Translations under genes and position numbers: made by a program | Source of the DNA: a virus | Reading direction: 5' to 3' (one strand) | Virus record (IMG/VR): IMGVR_UViG_3300046779_001269 | Coordinates: 1-64,000 of that record | Length of the DNA: 64,000 bases | Shown: one piece after another, positions 39,758 to 47,458 of the stretch | Position numbering within the stretch: the first letter of the stretch is position 1 | Layout of the letters: each line of letters opens with the position of its first letter | Notes under the pieces: model-generated | What the model was told of the DNA's origin: nothing | The model's database searches: none | Seen by the model: the letters and a program-made list of their open reading frames with translations, nothing else

Positions 39758-40525
39758 ATGGATCCATTCACATTATTTGCGCTTGCAAACGGTGCGGTTT
39801 CGGCTGTAAAAGCCGGTTGCAAGCTGTATAAAGATATTAAAGGTGCGGCCGGTGAGGTCAAAGACGTTCTCAAAGACCTTGATGAACAGTTCAAAAAACT
39901 TCACCCACCGGAAAAACCTGCGACTGTTGAACAAAAGAAACAGTTTATTGAGGAAAAGGAACGAATCAAGAAATTGAATCAATCTGATCCTGGGGATGCC
40001 TACGACCAGATTGCGGAACAACTTTCTGTTTATTTTGAAAATTATGCCAAGTGTATTGCCATCTTTGAACAAGAAGAAGCAAGAGCACAAGAAGTTTATG
40101 ATGGTGAAGCATCAATCGGTAAACGTGCTTTGCAACGGGTTGTTATGCGTAAAAAGTTGGAACATATGGGTGTTGAACTTCGTGAGTTATTAGTTTATCA
40201 ATCGCCACCAGAACTTGGTGCATTGTACAGTGATGTTTCTGCGATGATGGAAAAAATCACCAAAGAACAGACAGCTGCGATTGCTAAAAAAATGAAACAG
40301 GAACAGATTGATGCTGTTAGAAGAAAAAAGAGATTGCAGAGATTAAGAATAGAAATTGCTTGGGGTATAAGTGTTCTTGTTATGGTGGCTACAATTAGTT
40401 TATCGTTTGTAATGGTGGTTGAAGATAGAATCAGAAAATATCCACATCTAGGTGATGGTTGGATTCCAAAGACAGAAGAACAACGCAGAATAGACGCTTT
40501 ACCTAAACGATACATAGGAAGATAA
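39758..40525 (+). CDS. coiled-coil protein with C-terminal TM
   Basis: MDP..L.A.A..AV N-terminus; TM near C-terminus. Confidence 0.75.
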   Translation: MDPFTLFALANGAVSAVKAGCKLYKDIKGAAGEVKDVLKDLDEQFKKLHPPEKPATVEQKKQFIEEKERIKKLNQSDPGDAYDQIAEQLSVYFENYAKCIAIFEQEEARAQEVYDGEASIGKRALQRVVMRKKLEHMGVELRELLVYQSPPELGALYSDVSAMMEKITKEQTAAIAKKMKQEQIDAVRRKKRLQRLRIEIAWGISVLVMVATISLSFVMVVEDRIRKYPHLGDGWIPKTEEQRRIDALPKRYIGR

Positions 40526-40668
40526 TGTTAAAAGAAATAACAGATTGGTTATTAAGGCAAGGTATACTTTTCGCAACACTATTGATTAACTTATTATCCG
40601 CAGGCATCACAGTCTTGTTGTATTTGATAATTGCATTGGCTGTGTCTTGGTGGAATAAAAACACATGA
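40525..40668 (+). CDS. small membrane protein (47 aa), not in ORF track
   Basis: MLKEITDWLLRQGILFATLLINLLSAGITVLLYLIIALAVSWWNKNT; TAATG and ATGA overlaps with neighbours. Confidence 0.6.
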   Translation: MLKEITDWLLRQGILFATLLINLLSAGITVLLYLIIALAVSWWNKNT

Positions 40669-41306
40669 AAAAACTGATTACATTAATTGCTTTACTGTTG
40701 TCGTTGAATTGTTTTGCAACCGAGATTACTGCCAAAAGTTGGATTGTATCCTCAAACGGACAAACTTTGCGTGGAGAAAATACTACGGAAGTTAGGTCAA
40801 TCGCAAGTATTACAAAACTGGTGACCGTCATGGTCTATGTGGATGCATACAAAAGTGTTACATCCAAAAAGTACCAGGAACTCATCCAACGAACTCTAAT
40901 CTCATCTGACAACCACGCTGCGAATCGTTTGTGTAATGACTACCCAGGTGGTCGGAGTGATTGTATTTTTATGATGAATTTGAAGGCAAGGGAACTAGGT
41001 TTGACCCAGACCAAGTTTGTGGACCCAACCGGACTATCTGTGTTTAATATCAGTAATGCGGAAGAATTAGTTAAGATTGTGGAGGCTGCCAGTAAGTATC
41101 CTGAGATTGTGAAAGCATCCAACACAAAAAATAGAAACACCAATCCTTTGATTGGTAAACATCACTTCACGGTAAGTAAAACTGGATTTATAAATGCTGC
41201 TGGTGGTTGTATCGTTGCAATGACCGACCAGAAAATTGTGGTGATTCTAGGAAGTAAGAACACTCACACTAGAATACCTGAACTAGAAAAGTTATTGAAG
41301 ATATAA
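40665..41306 (+). CDS. peptidase S11 (D-Ala-D-Ala carboxy/endopeptidase, PBP7-like)
   Basis: Signal peptide; SITK (SxxK), SDN (SxN), KTG. Confidence 0.88.
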   Translation: MKKLITLIALLLSLNCFATEITAKSWIVSSNGQTLRGENTTEVRSIASITKLVTVMVYVDAYKSVTSKKYQELIQRTLISSDNHAANRLCNDYPGGRSDCIFMMNLKARELGLTQTKFVDPTGLSVFNISNAEELVKIVEAASKYPEIVKASNTKNRNTNPLIGKHHFTVSKTGFINAAGGCIVAMTDQKIVVILGSKNTHTRIPELEKLLKI

Positions 41307-41504
41307 TTATTCCGAGAAATCAGGTTTCATAATAACCTTCTCGTCAAATTCTCTTTTGATTCGTTCAAACTCGTCATCTTCAGCACGAGCATCATCTTTT
41401 TGTTGTGGTGTTTTCTTACGAAATATGGCATCATAGTTATCACCAAAAGTTTTTTGGTCTACACTAAATGGCCTTGGACTAGAACCTTTACCACCATCTG
41501 ACAT
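41307..41504 (-). CDS. small hypothetical protein
   Basis: MSDGGKGSSPRP...NYDAIF. Confidence 0.65.
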   Translation of the reverse strand: MSDGGKGSSPRPFSVDQKTFGDNYDAIFRKKTPQQKDDARAEDDEFERIKREFDEKVIMKPDFSE

Positions 41505-41505
41505 A

Positions 41506-41745
41506 TTACTCTCCGTAAATTAGTACAACGTGTTCAATTCTAAGGACATAATGTTCACCAGATTTGATTGCGCCATTCCAATTTAGTAAAACAATATCAC
41601 CAACAGAAACTTCGTCAACATCAGGACCAATTGCAATAACTTTTGCACGGTCTGCTTCTTCTGTGCTTCTGAGTACAATTCCTGAAGCAGTTGTTGTTTC
41701 TGCTGGAATACGTTCTACAATAATCTTGTCATGTAATGGGCGCAT
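41506..41745 (-). CDS. groES: co-chaperonin GroES-like
   Basis: RPLHDKIIV, TTASGIVL, VIAIGP, V.VGD; start at MRPLHD. Confidence 0.88.
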   Translation of the reverse strand: MRPLHDKIIVERIPAETTTASGIVLRSTEEADRAKVIAIGPDVDEVSVGDIVLLNWNGAIKSGEHYVLRIEHVVLIYGE

Positions 41746-41761
41746 AATGTCCTTAATAAAA

Positions 41762-41838
41762 TGGTTGCAGTGGCTGGACTCGCACCAACGACCTCCGAGG
41801 GTATGAACCTGGTGAGATAGCTTCTTCTCTACACTGCT
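41762..41838 (-). tRNA. tRNA-Met(CAT), initiator-like
   Basis: CAT anticodon, 1:72 mismatch, CCA; atypical T-loop TGCGAGT. Confidence 0.7.
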
Positions 41839-41843
41839 ACAAA

Positions 41844-41908
41844 TGGAGCGGGAAACAAGATTCTCACTTGTATATTGGGTGGACCCCAACATTGTTAAAA
41901 ACTCCCGC
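41844..41908 (-). ncRNA. D-armless tRNA-Gly-like RNA
   Basis: GCGGGAG/TTCCCGC-TCCA acceptor, TCC-containing hairpin, T-like arm, no D stem. Confidence 0.55.
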
Positions 41909-42014
41909 ATATACTCTATATAGAAACACACTAACCGTTATACAAAGCCTTCTGTATAACACGGAGGAATAAATTCCTGCTTATCCGTTAAACTGTCATT
42001 AATGTGTTTTTATA

Positions 42015-42088
42015 TGGAGCGGGATAAGAGAATCGAACTCTTAACCGAAGATTGGAAATCTGCTGTTTTACCATTAAACTAATCCCGC
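42015..42088 (-). tRNA. tRNA-Gly(TCC)
   Basis: Cloverleaf with CCA. Confidence 0.9.
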
Positions 42089-42092
42089 ATAT

Positions 42093-42962
42093 TGGCGCAC
42101 TGAGATTACATGCTGCCCATTGACACCTCATTCATTATAGTAAGCCTTGCGAGCCTACCTTCGCATGATATCCACCACAACTGTATTGCTACATATTGCA
42201 GTCTGTCAACAACATCGCCGTTTTGAAAGTCAGGCACTAGACTTGTCGCCATAAACTACTCTACGCTTTCTACCCCGTTGACCTTGCGAGCCATTCACAG
42301 TCGCTAAACCGTTACGAAACTTCTTGCATAAACTATCGTCACCTTGCGAGCTTCAATAGACTTGATTGTGTTACCACTCAAGTATTAGATGTTTTTCATC
42401 TATGACCGTGTCAGTCTTTGCGTTTTATTGTTAGAAGGAGTCGAACCTTCAGTCTATTTCTTGAAATGAAATTGGCCTACCATTAGCCTATAACTGAACC
42501 TACTGCGATGTGCTGACACAGTTGCTGCATACTCTTTTGGAATACACAATACAACACACCACGTACCTTTTGTCTTGCGAACTACTCAGTCGTCTTTCAC
42601 GATTAGTGTGACCCCGCCGATTTCTCGACAGCCCCAGTAACCATTCAAACTGCATACGAGCCCTTGACTGCAACATCTCGGACAAATACGCTACCCTTTC
42701 TCATACTGACTGGCAAGTTAGTGTTGTTGTGAGACTCAGCACCACCTGTTAGTTCTCTGTCTGCCTGTCTTACCCTCACGGGAACATAAACAGACATTCT
42801 TTCCACAACTCTTGCTTCCTCATTACATCCACCCGTCTTATAAGTGAACGACACCTCACGGTGTTGAGCAGGCTTGTTTAGATAGACTATTTCTAGCGGA
42901 GTTATGTAGGCATACCTCCTTTGGGTGACTCACGCCACTTATCTTAATGATGCTAAACCACC
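42093..42962 (-). ncRNA. large structured ncRNA, GOLLD-like (~870 nt)
   Basis: No credible ORF, own promoter, three CTCGCAAGG GNRA-type hairpin loops, embedded tRNA-like arm set, located inside a tRNA array. Confidence 0.6.
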
Positions 42963-42984
42963 ATTTGTTTTTCAACATGTATGT

Positions 42985-43038
42985 ATTGTATCAGAACCGA
43001 AGTGTCTTGTCAACACTTATTGTGGTATATTTACAACA
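42985..43038 (-). promoter_or_regulatory. sigma70 promoter plus near-palindrome, driving the large ncRNA
   Basis: TTGACA (43008-43013), 17 bp, TACAAT (42985-42990); TGTGG-N8-CAACA at 43021-43038. Confidence 0.75.
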
Positions 43039-43078
43039 CACACATAAAATTTTTATTTGTAGAGTTAATACAAAAATC

Positions 43079-43152
43079 TGGTGCCCCTAGAGAGAATCGA
43101 ACTCCCGTCCTCGGATTACAAAACCGATGTTCTACCATTTAACTACAGGGGC
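43079..43152 (-). tRNA. tRNA-Thr(TGT)
   Basis: Cloverleaf with CCA. Confidence 0.9.
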
Positions 43153-43157
43153 AAATT

Positions 43158-43231
43158 TGGAGCGGGTAGCGAGAATCGAACTCGCAAATAAACCTTGGCA
43201 AGGTTTCAGGTTACCTTTACATCATACCCGC
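43158..43231 (-). tRNA. tRNA-Gly(GCC)
   Basis: Cloverleaf with CCA. Confidence 0.88.
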
Positions 43232-43240
43232 AATTTGTTT

Positions 43241-43269
43241 ATTATATATGCTTTACAATCACTTGTCAA
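43241..43269 (-). promoter_or_regulatory. sigma70 promoter
   Basis: TTGACA, 17 bp, TATAAT. Confidence 0.75.
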
Positions 43270-43290
43270 GCACTCCTAGAAAATATTTTT

Positions 43291-43376
43291 TGGTGCGGGT
43301 AGCCGGACTCGAACCAGCACGCCATAAGGCGGGAGATTTTAAGTCTCCTGTGTACTACCAATTTCACCATACCCGC
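43291..43376 (-). tRNA. tRNA-Leu(TAA)
   Basis: Cloverleaf with long variable arm and CCA. Confidence 0.9.
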
Positions 43377-43379
43377 ACA

Positions 43380-43952
43380 TTACATTGTTGGTCCGTTTCC
43401 GTTTTTGAAACCGACTTCACCACCTTCATCTTTGATTCGTTTGATAACATCTTCAAAAAGAATAGGACGAAAATCTGTTTGTTCAACGCAAACACAATGA
43501 TATCTCACATCAACCTTAGAATTTTTAACACCTGTCATCACACGACCAGTATGAAGGTGACCGTGAATGTTAGTACCAAAACGACCAAGACTGGCTTCGT
43601 GAATTGGAATATGTGAAAGAATCATTCCGTTCATTACATGATATGCACGAAGTTCACGGAAGTGTTCTCTATATTCTTCATCACGGAAGATATCATGGTT
43701 ACCACGAATAAGAACCTTATCGCCGTTAAGTCTATGCATAATGCTAAGTGCTTTACGGTTGATAACTACATCACCAAGGTGATATACTTTATCATTTGGT
43801 CTTACTGTTTCGTTCCAACGCTTTACCATTTCCTCATCCATTTCAGCAGGATCAGTCCATGGTCTAATCTTTTGACCTGTGGTCGAATCGGTGAACCTAC
43901 ACACACCAGCATGGCCAAAGTGTGTATCACTTACAAGAAATACTGCTGGCAT
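43380..43952 (-). CDS. calcineurin-like metallophosphoesterase
   Basis: SDTHFGH, HLGD, GNHD, SH, HGHLH. Confidence 0.9.
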   Translation of the reverse strand: MPAVFLVSDTHFGHAGVCRFTDSTTGQKIRPWTDPAEMDEEMVKRWNETVRPNDKVYHLGDVVINRKALSIMHRLNGDKVLIRGNHDIFRDEEYREHFRELRAYHVMNGMILSHIPIHEASLGRFGTNIHGHLHTGRVMTGVKNSKVDVRYHCVCVEQTDFRPILFEDVIKRIKDEGGEVGFKNGNGPTM

Positions 43953-43968
43953 AATGTCTCCTAAAAAA

Positions 43969-44043
43969 TGGTCCGGCGTGCAGGAATCGAACCCACATTA
44001 AAAGGGTAGAAGCCTTCTGTATTATCCATTATACTAACGCCAG
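43969..44043 (-). tRNA. tRNA-Arg(TCT)
   Basis: Cloverleaf with CCA. Confidence 0.9.
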
Positions 44044-44049
44044 AATGTT

Positions 44050-44126
44050 TGGTGCCCTAGGAGGGACTCGAACCCTCAGAACCTGGTTTCTAAGACCAGT
44101 ACGTATACCAATTCCGTCACCAGGGC
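44050..44126 (-). tRNA. tRNA-Leu(TAG), short variable loop
   Basis: Cloverleaf with CCA, no long variable arm. Confidence 0.85.
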
Positions 44127-44298
44127 AAAAAATAAATAATCTTATGTCAGAATTCAAATCAGCAGAACCTAATCTTTGGCGATATGCCGCAACTCAACCG
44201 TATAAAGATACTAAATCTTTTTCGTGTGAGAAGGATTTTACACTTTCCTTTCCAAAAAGGCAAGTGGTTCCGTTTGAACGAACTGAAATAAAACAACT

Positions 44299-44372
44299 TG
44301 GTGCTCCAAGAAAGAATCGAACTTTCATTTAATCCTTACCATGGATTTGTTCTGCCATTAAACTATAGGAGC
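44299..44372 (-). tRNA. tRNA-Thr(GGT)
   Basis: Cloverleaf with CCA. Confidence 0.88.
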
Positions 44373-44376
44373 AAAG

Positions 44377-44451
44377 TGGTGGGTCATCAGAGAATCAAAC
44401 TCTGTTCTTCCGGTTAAGAGCCGGTTGCTTCATCACTTAAGCTTATAACCC
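44377..44451 (-). tRNA. tRNA-Lys(CTT)
   Basis: Cloverleaf with CCA; T-loop TTTGATT. Confidence 0.82.
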
Positions 44452-44566
44452 ATATAGAAACACACTGTACCTCTGCCGTGATTACGCCGATATCTAACGC
44501 ATCTGCGGACAACATATGATTACTTTTCTAGAATTTTCATCTTTTCAGATATAATGTGTTTTTATA

Positions 44567-44643
44567 TGGTACCCAAGGTGGGATTCGAGCCCACAAAAAC
44601 ATGTGTTTGAGACATGCACGTTTACCTATTTCGTCACTTGGGC
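44567..44643 (-). tRNA. tRNA-Leu(CAA), short variable loop
   Basis: Cloverleaf with CCA, no long variable arm. Confidence 0.8.
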
Positions 44644-44646
44644 ATT

Positions 44647-44722
44647 TGGTGCAACCTACAGGAATCGAACCTGTTTCAACGGCTCTTCAGACCGCCGCTA
44701 TGACCACATCAGCTAAAGTTGC
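44647..44722 (-). tRNA. tRNA-Phe(GAA)
   Basis: Cloverleaf with CCA. Confidence 0.88.
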
Positions 44723-44930
44723 ATATTGAATTTGTAAGTTGTGCCACCATCGTTATTGACACCATTCACCCAAGTATATAAAGCCGGCTGGGACTCGGTA
44801 CGTTATTACAGTTACTCATCCAACGTGTCTATATTTTGTACAGAGGTTTTGCGCCTCCCGTTGTTTACCTCCTCTTTGGCTGGCCAGCTACTTGAATCGG
44901 TGACTTTCACTTACTAACACTTACAAAAAT

Positions 44931-45005
44931 TGGTGCATCGTGAGAGGATTGAACTCCCGACCTTCGCCTTGTAAGGGCGCAGCTCTACCGCTGAGCTAAC
45001 GATGC
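44931..45005 (-). tRNA. tRNA-Val(TAC)
   Basis: Cloverleaf with CCA. Confidence 0.9.
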
Positions 45006-45015
45006 AAATTTACTT

Positions 45016-45090
45016 TGGGGAGACATACGAGAATCGAACTCGTGATAACGGAATCACAACCCGTGGTTTTACCACTAAACTAATGTCTCC
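45016..45090 (-). tRNA. tRNA-His(GTG)
   Basis: Cloverleaf, G-1:C73 pair, CCA. Confidence 0.9.
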
Positions 45091-45123
45091 CCAAAGCAAA
45101 CTTAATTACTTTGGGGGTCTGTA

Positions 45124-45612
45124 TTAACCTGCAATAGCTTCTTGCTCTGCCAGAATTCTTTTCAATCTGTCAGCACAGAAACTTGCAGCAGGCGCATCTG
45201 GTTTAACCATAGGTGTCATGTTACATGTACCTTTGATATAACCAATCGCTTGTTGCACAACACAAGAACTGCCGTGCATATCATCTTTGTTCAAGTCTAG
45301 GTGAACTTCAACATGATAATCTTCTAACACTTCAGCCAATGATTGGAACAATTCTGATACCTTATATACTTCTGTCATCAGACGCATAGCAGGTTTACTT
45401 TTCTTGTGGTCATAATCTAATTCACGGTCAACATAACCGAAAATTTTACAACCATGACGGCCATCAATATGAACTACGACAGCCAATGCATAATCAGCAT
45501 ACCAAACGCCGTTAACACGGATACGTTCAGAGTCAGCACCCAAATAAACTTTCGTATCTGGTCCTTGATTTGCAAGGAATTGTTTGACTTCTTGTATGTC
45601 GAAATTTCTCAT
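45124..45612 (-). CDS. YkuK/DUF458 family RNase H-like protein
   Basis: VYLGADS, RLMTEV..., EVHLDLN, KPDAPAASFCAD. Confidence 0.8.
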   Translation of the reverse strand: MRNFDIQEVKQFLANQGPDTKVYLGADSERIRVNGVWYADYALAVVVHIDGRHGCKIFGYVDRELDYDHKKSKPAMRLMTEVYKVSELFQSLAEVLEDYHVEVHLDLNKDDMHGSSCVVQQAIGYIKGTCNMTPMVKPDAPAASFCADRLKRILAEQEAIAG

Positions 45613-45634
45613 ATCAATCACCTTTCTATAAAAT

Positions 45635-45708
45635 TGGCTCCCCGCCAGGGAATCGAACCCCGTCCAAAAGTTTTGGAGACTCTTGTGCTACCGGAACACT
45701 TGCGGGAA
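45635..45708 (-). tRNA. tRNA-Trp(CCA)
   Basis: Cloverleaf with CCA. Confidence 0.88.
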
Positions 45709-45715
45709 ATAAACT

Positions 45716-45789
45716 TGGTACCTTGTACAAGAATCGAACTTGTGTCTACCGGTTATCAGCCGGGTGCTCTGCCATTGAGCTAACGAGGT
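45716..45789 (-). tRNA. tRNA-Ile(GAT)
   Basis: Cloverleaf with CCA. Confidence 0.88.
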
Positions 45790-46034
45790 AAAATGCTCTG
45801 ACATCCTGCGGCGGTAATTATACTTCTCAAGTCTTTCATCGTCATTTGACACATACAGGCATGACCCATACACATCATCGGATTACTTAACCATCACAGA
45901 AGCCTCCACCCGCTTCCCGACCAGGACCGTTATCGCATTGCTAGCGGCCTTTCGGTTTAAAGACTACCACCCGTGTATATCATTACACTTCTCATCCTGC
46001 GGGTCACAGTAGTGGTTGACGAGACCACACGTTC

Positions 46035-46109
46035 TGGAGGGCAATGAGAGAATCAAACTCCCGTTTCAAGGTTCGTAGCCTCGTGTATTATTCACTATAC
46101 GAATCGCCC
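46035..46109 (-). tRNA. tRNA-Arg(ACG)
   Basis: Cloverleaf with CCA. Confidence 0.82.
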
Positions 46110-46115
46110 ATAAAT

Positions 46116-46191
46116 TGGTGCAGCCAAAGGACTCGAACCTTTGCGGGAAACTAGTATACAGCGGACATGCCGCCTACCCCTCCATTACTGC
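46116..46191 (-). ncRNA. tRNA-like RNA: acceptor, T arm and CCA, but no canonical D/anticodon arms
   Basis: GCAGT.../...GGCTGC-ACCA; CAAAGG-TTCGAGT-CCTTTG. Confidence 0.6.
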
Positions 46192-46197
46192 ATATCT

Positions 46198-46272
46198 TGG
46201 TGGTTCAGGTGAGAATCGAACTCACACAAGGCACCGTATGAAGATGCTGCACTGCCACTATGCTACTGAACC
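46198..46272 (-). tRNA. tRNA-Met(CAT), elongator-like
   Basis: Cloverleaf with CCA. Confidence 0.82.
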
Positions 46273-46278
46273 GAAATT

Positions 46279-46353
46279 TGGTGGAGGCCGAGGAAATCGA
46301 ATCCTTCTAGACATTCTCCTTGCAAGGGAGAACCGCAGCCCACTGCTGCCCCC
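46279..46353 (-). tRNA. tRNA-Ala(TGC), atypical D arm
   Basis: G3:U70, TGC anticodon, D hairpin with 4-nt loop. Confidence 0.75.
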
Positions 46354-46402
46354 AAATAACTTACTACTTATCTCATTGTACGCCGCAAGTTAAGGCGAGA
46401 TA

Positions 46403-46478
46403 TGGTCTCCGTAGAGGGATTTGAACCCCCACTGCTTGGTCCCAAACCAAGAGCGCTACCAGGTTACGCTATACGGAG
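46403..46478 (-). tRNA. tRNA-Pro(TGG)
   Basis: Cloverleaf with CCA. Confidence 0.9.
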
Positions 46479-46483
46479 AAAAT

Positions 46484-46559
46484 TGGCTCCCTAGGTATGG
46501 ATCGAACATACGACATCCTGATTAACAGTCAGGCGCAACTACCGCTGTGCTACTAGGGA
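46484..46559 (-). tRNA. tRNA-Asn(GTT)
   Basis: Cloverleaf with CCA. Confidence 0.9.
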
Positions 46560-46644
46560 ATAAAATCTTGAAAGTTCCGATATCACCCATCGTCACTAAC
46601 AACCGTTGAGTAACCATGCATCAAAACAAGATTACTATTTGCCT

Positions 46645-46719
46645 TGGCGCCCCGTAGGGGAATCGAACCCCTGTCTTCCGATGGACAGTCGGATATAATG
46701 GCCGTTATATTAACGGGGC
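46645..46719 (-). tRNA. tRNA-Asp(GTC)
   Basis: Cloverleaf with CCA. Confidence 0.88.
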
Positions 46720-46724
46720 ATAAT

Positions 46725-46809
46725 TGGTGGAGACGGTGTGAGTCGAACACACAGTGCCAGAGGCGGCGGATTTACAGTCCACTGGGGTTACCAATTTTCC
46801 TACATCTCC
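46725..46809 (-). tRNA. tRNA-Tyr(GTA)
   Basis: Cloverleaf with long variable arm and CCA. Confidence 0.9.
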
Positions 46810-46818
46810 ATAATTGTT

Positions 46819-46893
46819 TGGTAGGTCCACAGAGAATCGAACTCTGATTTACTGGTTAAAAGCCAGTTACTTTAGCCGTTAAGTTATGAACCC
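46819..46893 (-). tRNA. tRNA-Lys(TTT)
   Basis: Cloverleaf with CCA. Confidence 0.88.
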
Positions 46894-47018
46894 ATTTACC
46901 ATTTGTTTTACTGACGCACTATTTGCTATGTTTCACCGGAGTAGCGGCCGCATTACCGTTTCTTAACATAGTTACATAAGGCTTGTACATGCTTCTGAGC
47001 TTACATCAGCAAAACAAA

Positions 47019-47093
47019 TGGTACACGATACGAGAATCGAACTCGTCTTTCCGCCTTGAAAGGGCAGCGTCCTAACCGATAGACGAATCGTGC
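47019..47093 (-). tRNA. tRNA-Glu(TTC)
   Basis: Cloverleaf with CCA. Confidence 0.9.
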
Positions 47094-47111
47094 ATTTATT
47101 AACTCTACAAA

Positions 47112-47186
47112 TTTTTAAAGAACAAGTGTGTATTGTATCACAACCACATCTTTTGTCAACCATTGTGTTGCAAAATTACAACACAA
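47112..47186 (-). promoter_or_regulatory. sigma70 promoter, palindrome and boxA-like element
   Basis: TTGACA (47154-47159), 16 bp, TGnTACAAT; TTGTGTTG-N8-CAACACAA (47163-47186); TGTTCTTTAAAAA downstream. Confidence 0.75.
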
Positions 47187-47188
47187 CT

Positions 47189-47262
47189 TGGAGTAGGTGA
47201 CAGGAATCGAACCTGTTTCCATGGGTTTGCAATCCAGTGCCTGTCCAACTGGCTCCACCTAC
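47189..47262 (-). tRNA. tRNA-Cys(GCA)
   Basis: Cloverleaf, U73, CCA. Confidence 0.88.
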
Positions 47263-47268
47263 ATTGTT

Positions 47269-47360
47269 TGGTACCAGCGGTGAGAATCGAACTCACTCAA
47301 GAACGCTAATCTGGCGCTAAAAGGTGTATAAGACCTCTCTGACTACCAAGTCTCGCTGGC
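47269..47360 (-). tRNA. atypical tRNA with TAT anticodon (nominally Ile), long variable arm, mini D loop
   Basis: GCCAGCG/CGCTGGT acceptor; GACT-TGGT-AGTC; GAGGT-CTTATAC-ACCTT; ~24-nt variable region. Confidence 0.65.
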
Positions 47361-47363
47361 ATT

Positions 47364-47451
47364 TGGCGGAGAGTATCGGATTCGAACCGATGCGCCGATT
47401 TCTCAACGACAGTTTAGCAAACTGCTGGTTTAACCACTCACCCAACTCTCC
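47364..47451 (-). tRNA. tRNA-Ser(GCT)
   Basis: Cloverleaf with long variable arm and CCA. Confidence 0.9.
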
Positions 47452-47458
47452 ATAAATT

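Noticed and set aside
41746-41931. N-terminal extension of the GroES ORF in the track
   Set aside because: It overlaps tRNA-Met; the GroES motif begins at MRPLHD (41745) after an AAGGA SD.
42500-42854. ORFs 42500..42685 and 42645..42854
   Set aside because: Short, no recognisable motifs, and inside the structured large ncRNA.
45106-45116. Short duplication of the tRNA-His 3' flank (ttactttgggg) as an att site
   Set aside because: Only ~11 bp, and no integrase in the window.
46279-46353. Possible tmRNA (GGGGGC...CCTCCACCA ends, G3:U70)
   Set aside because: Only 75 nt with a TGC anticodon arm and no tag reading frame; called an atypical tRNA-Ala.
46899-47021. Twister or hammerhead ribozyme in the spacer after tRNA-Glu
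   Set aside because: I could not place the conserved catalytic cores by eye; kept only as a structured spacer.
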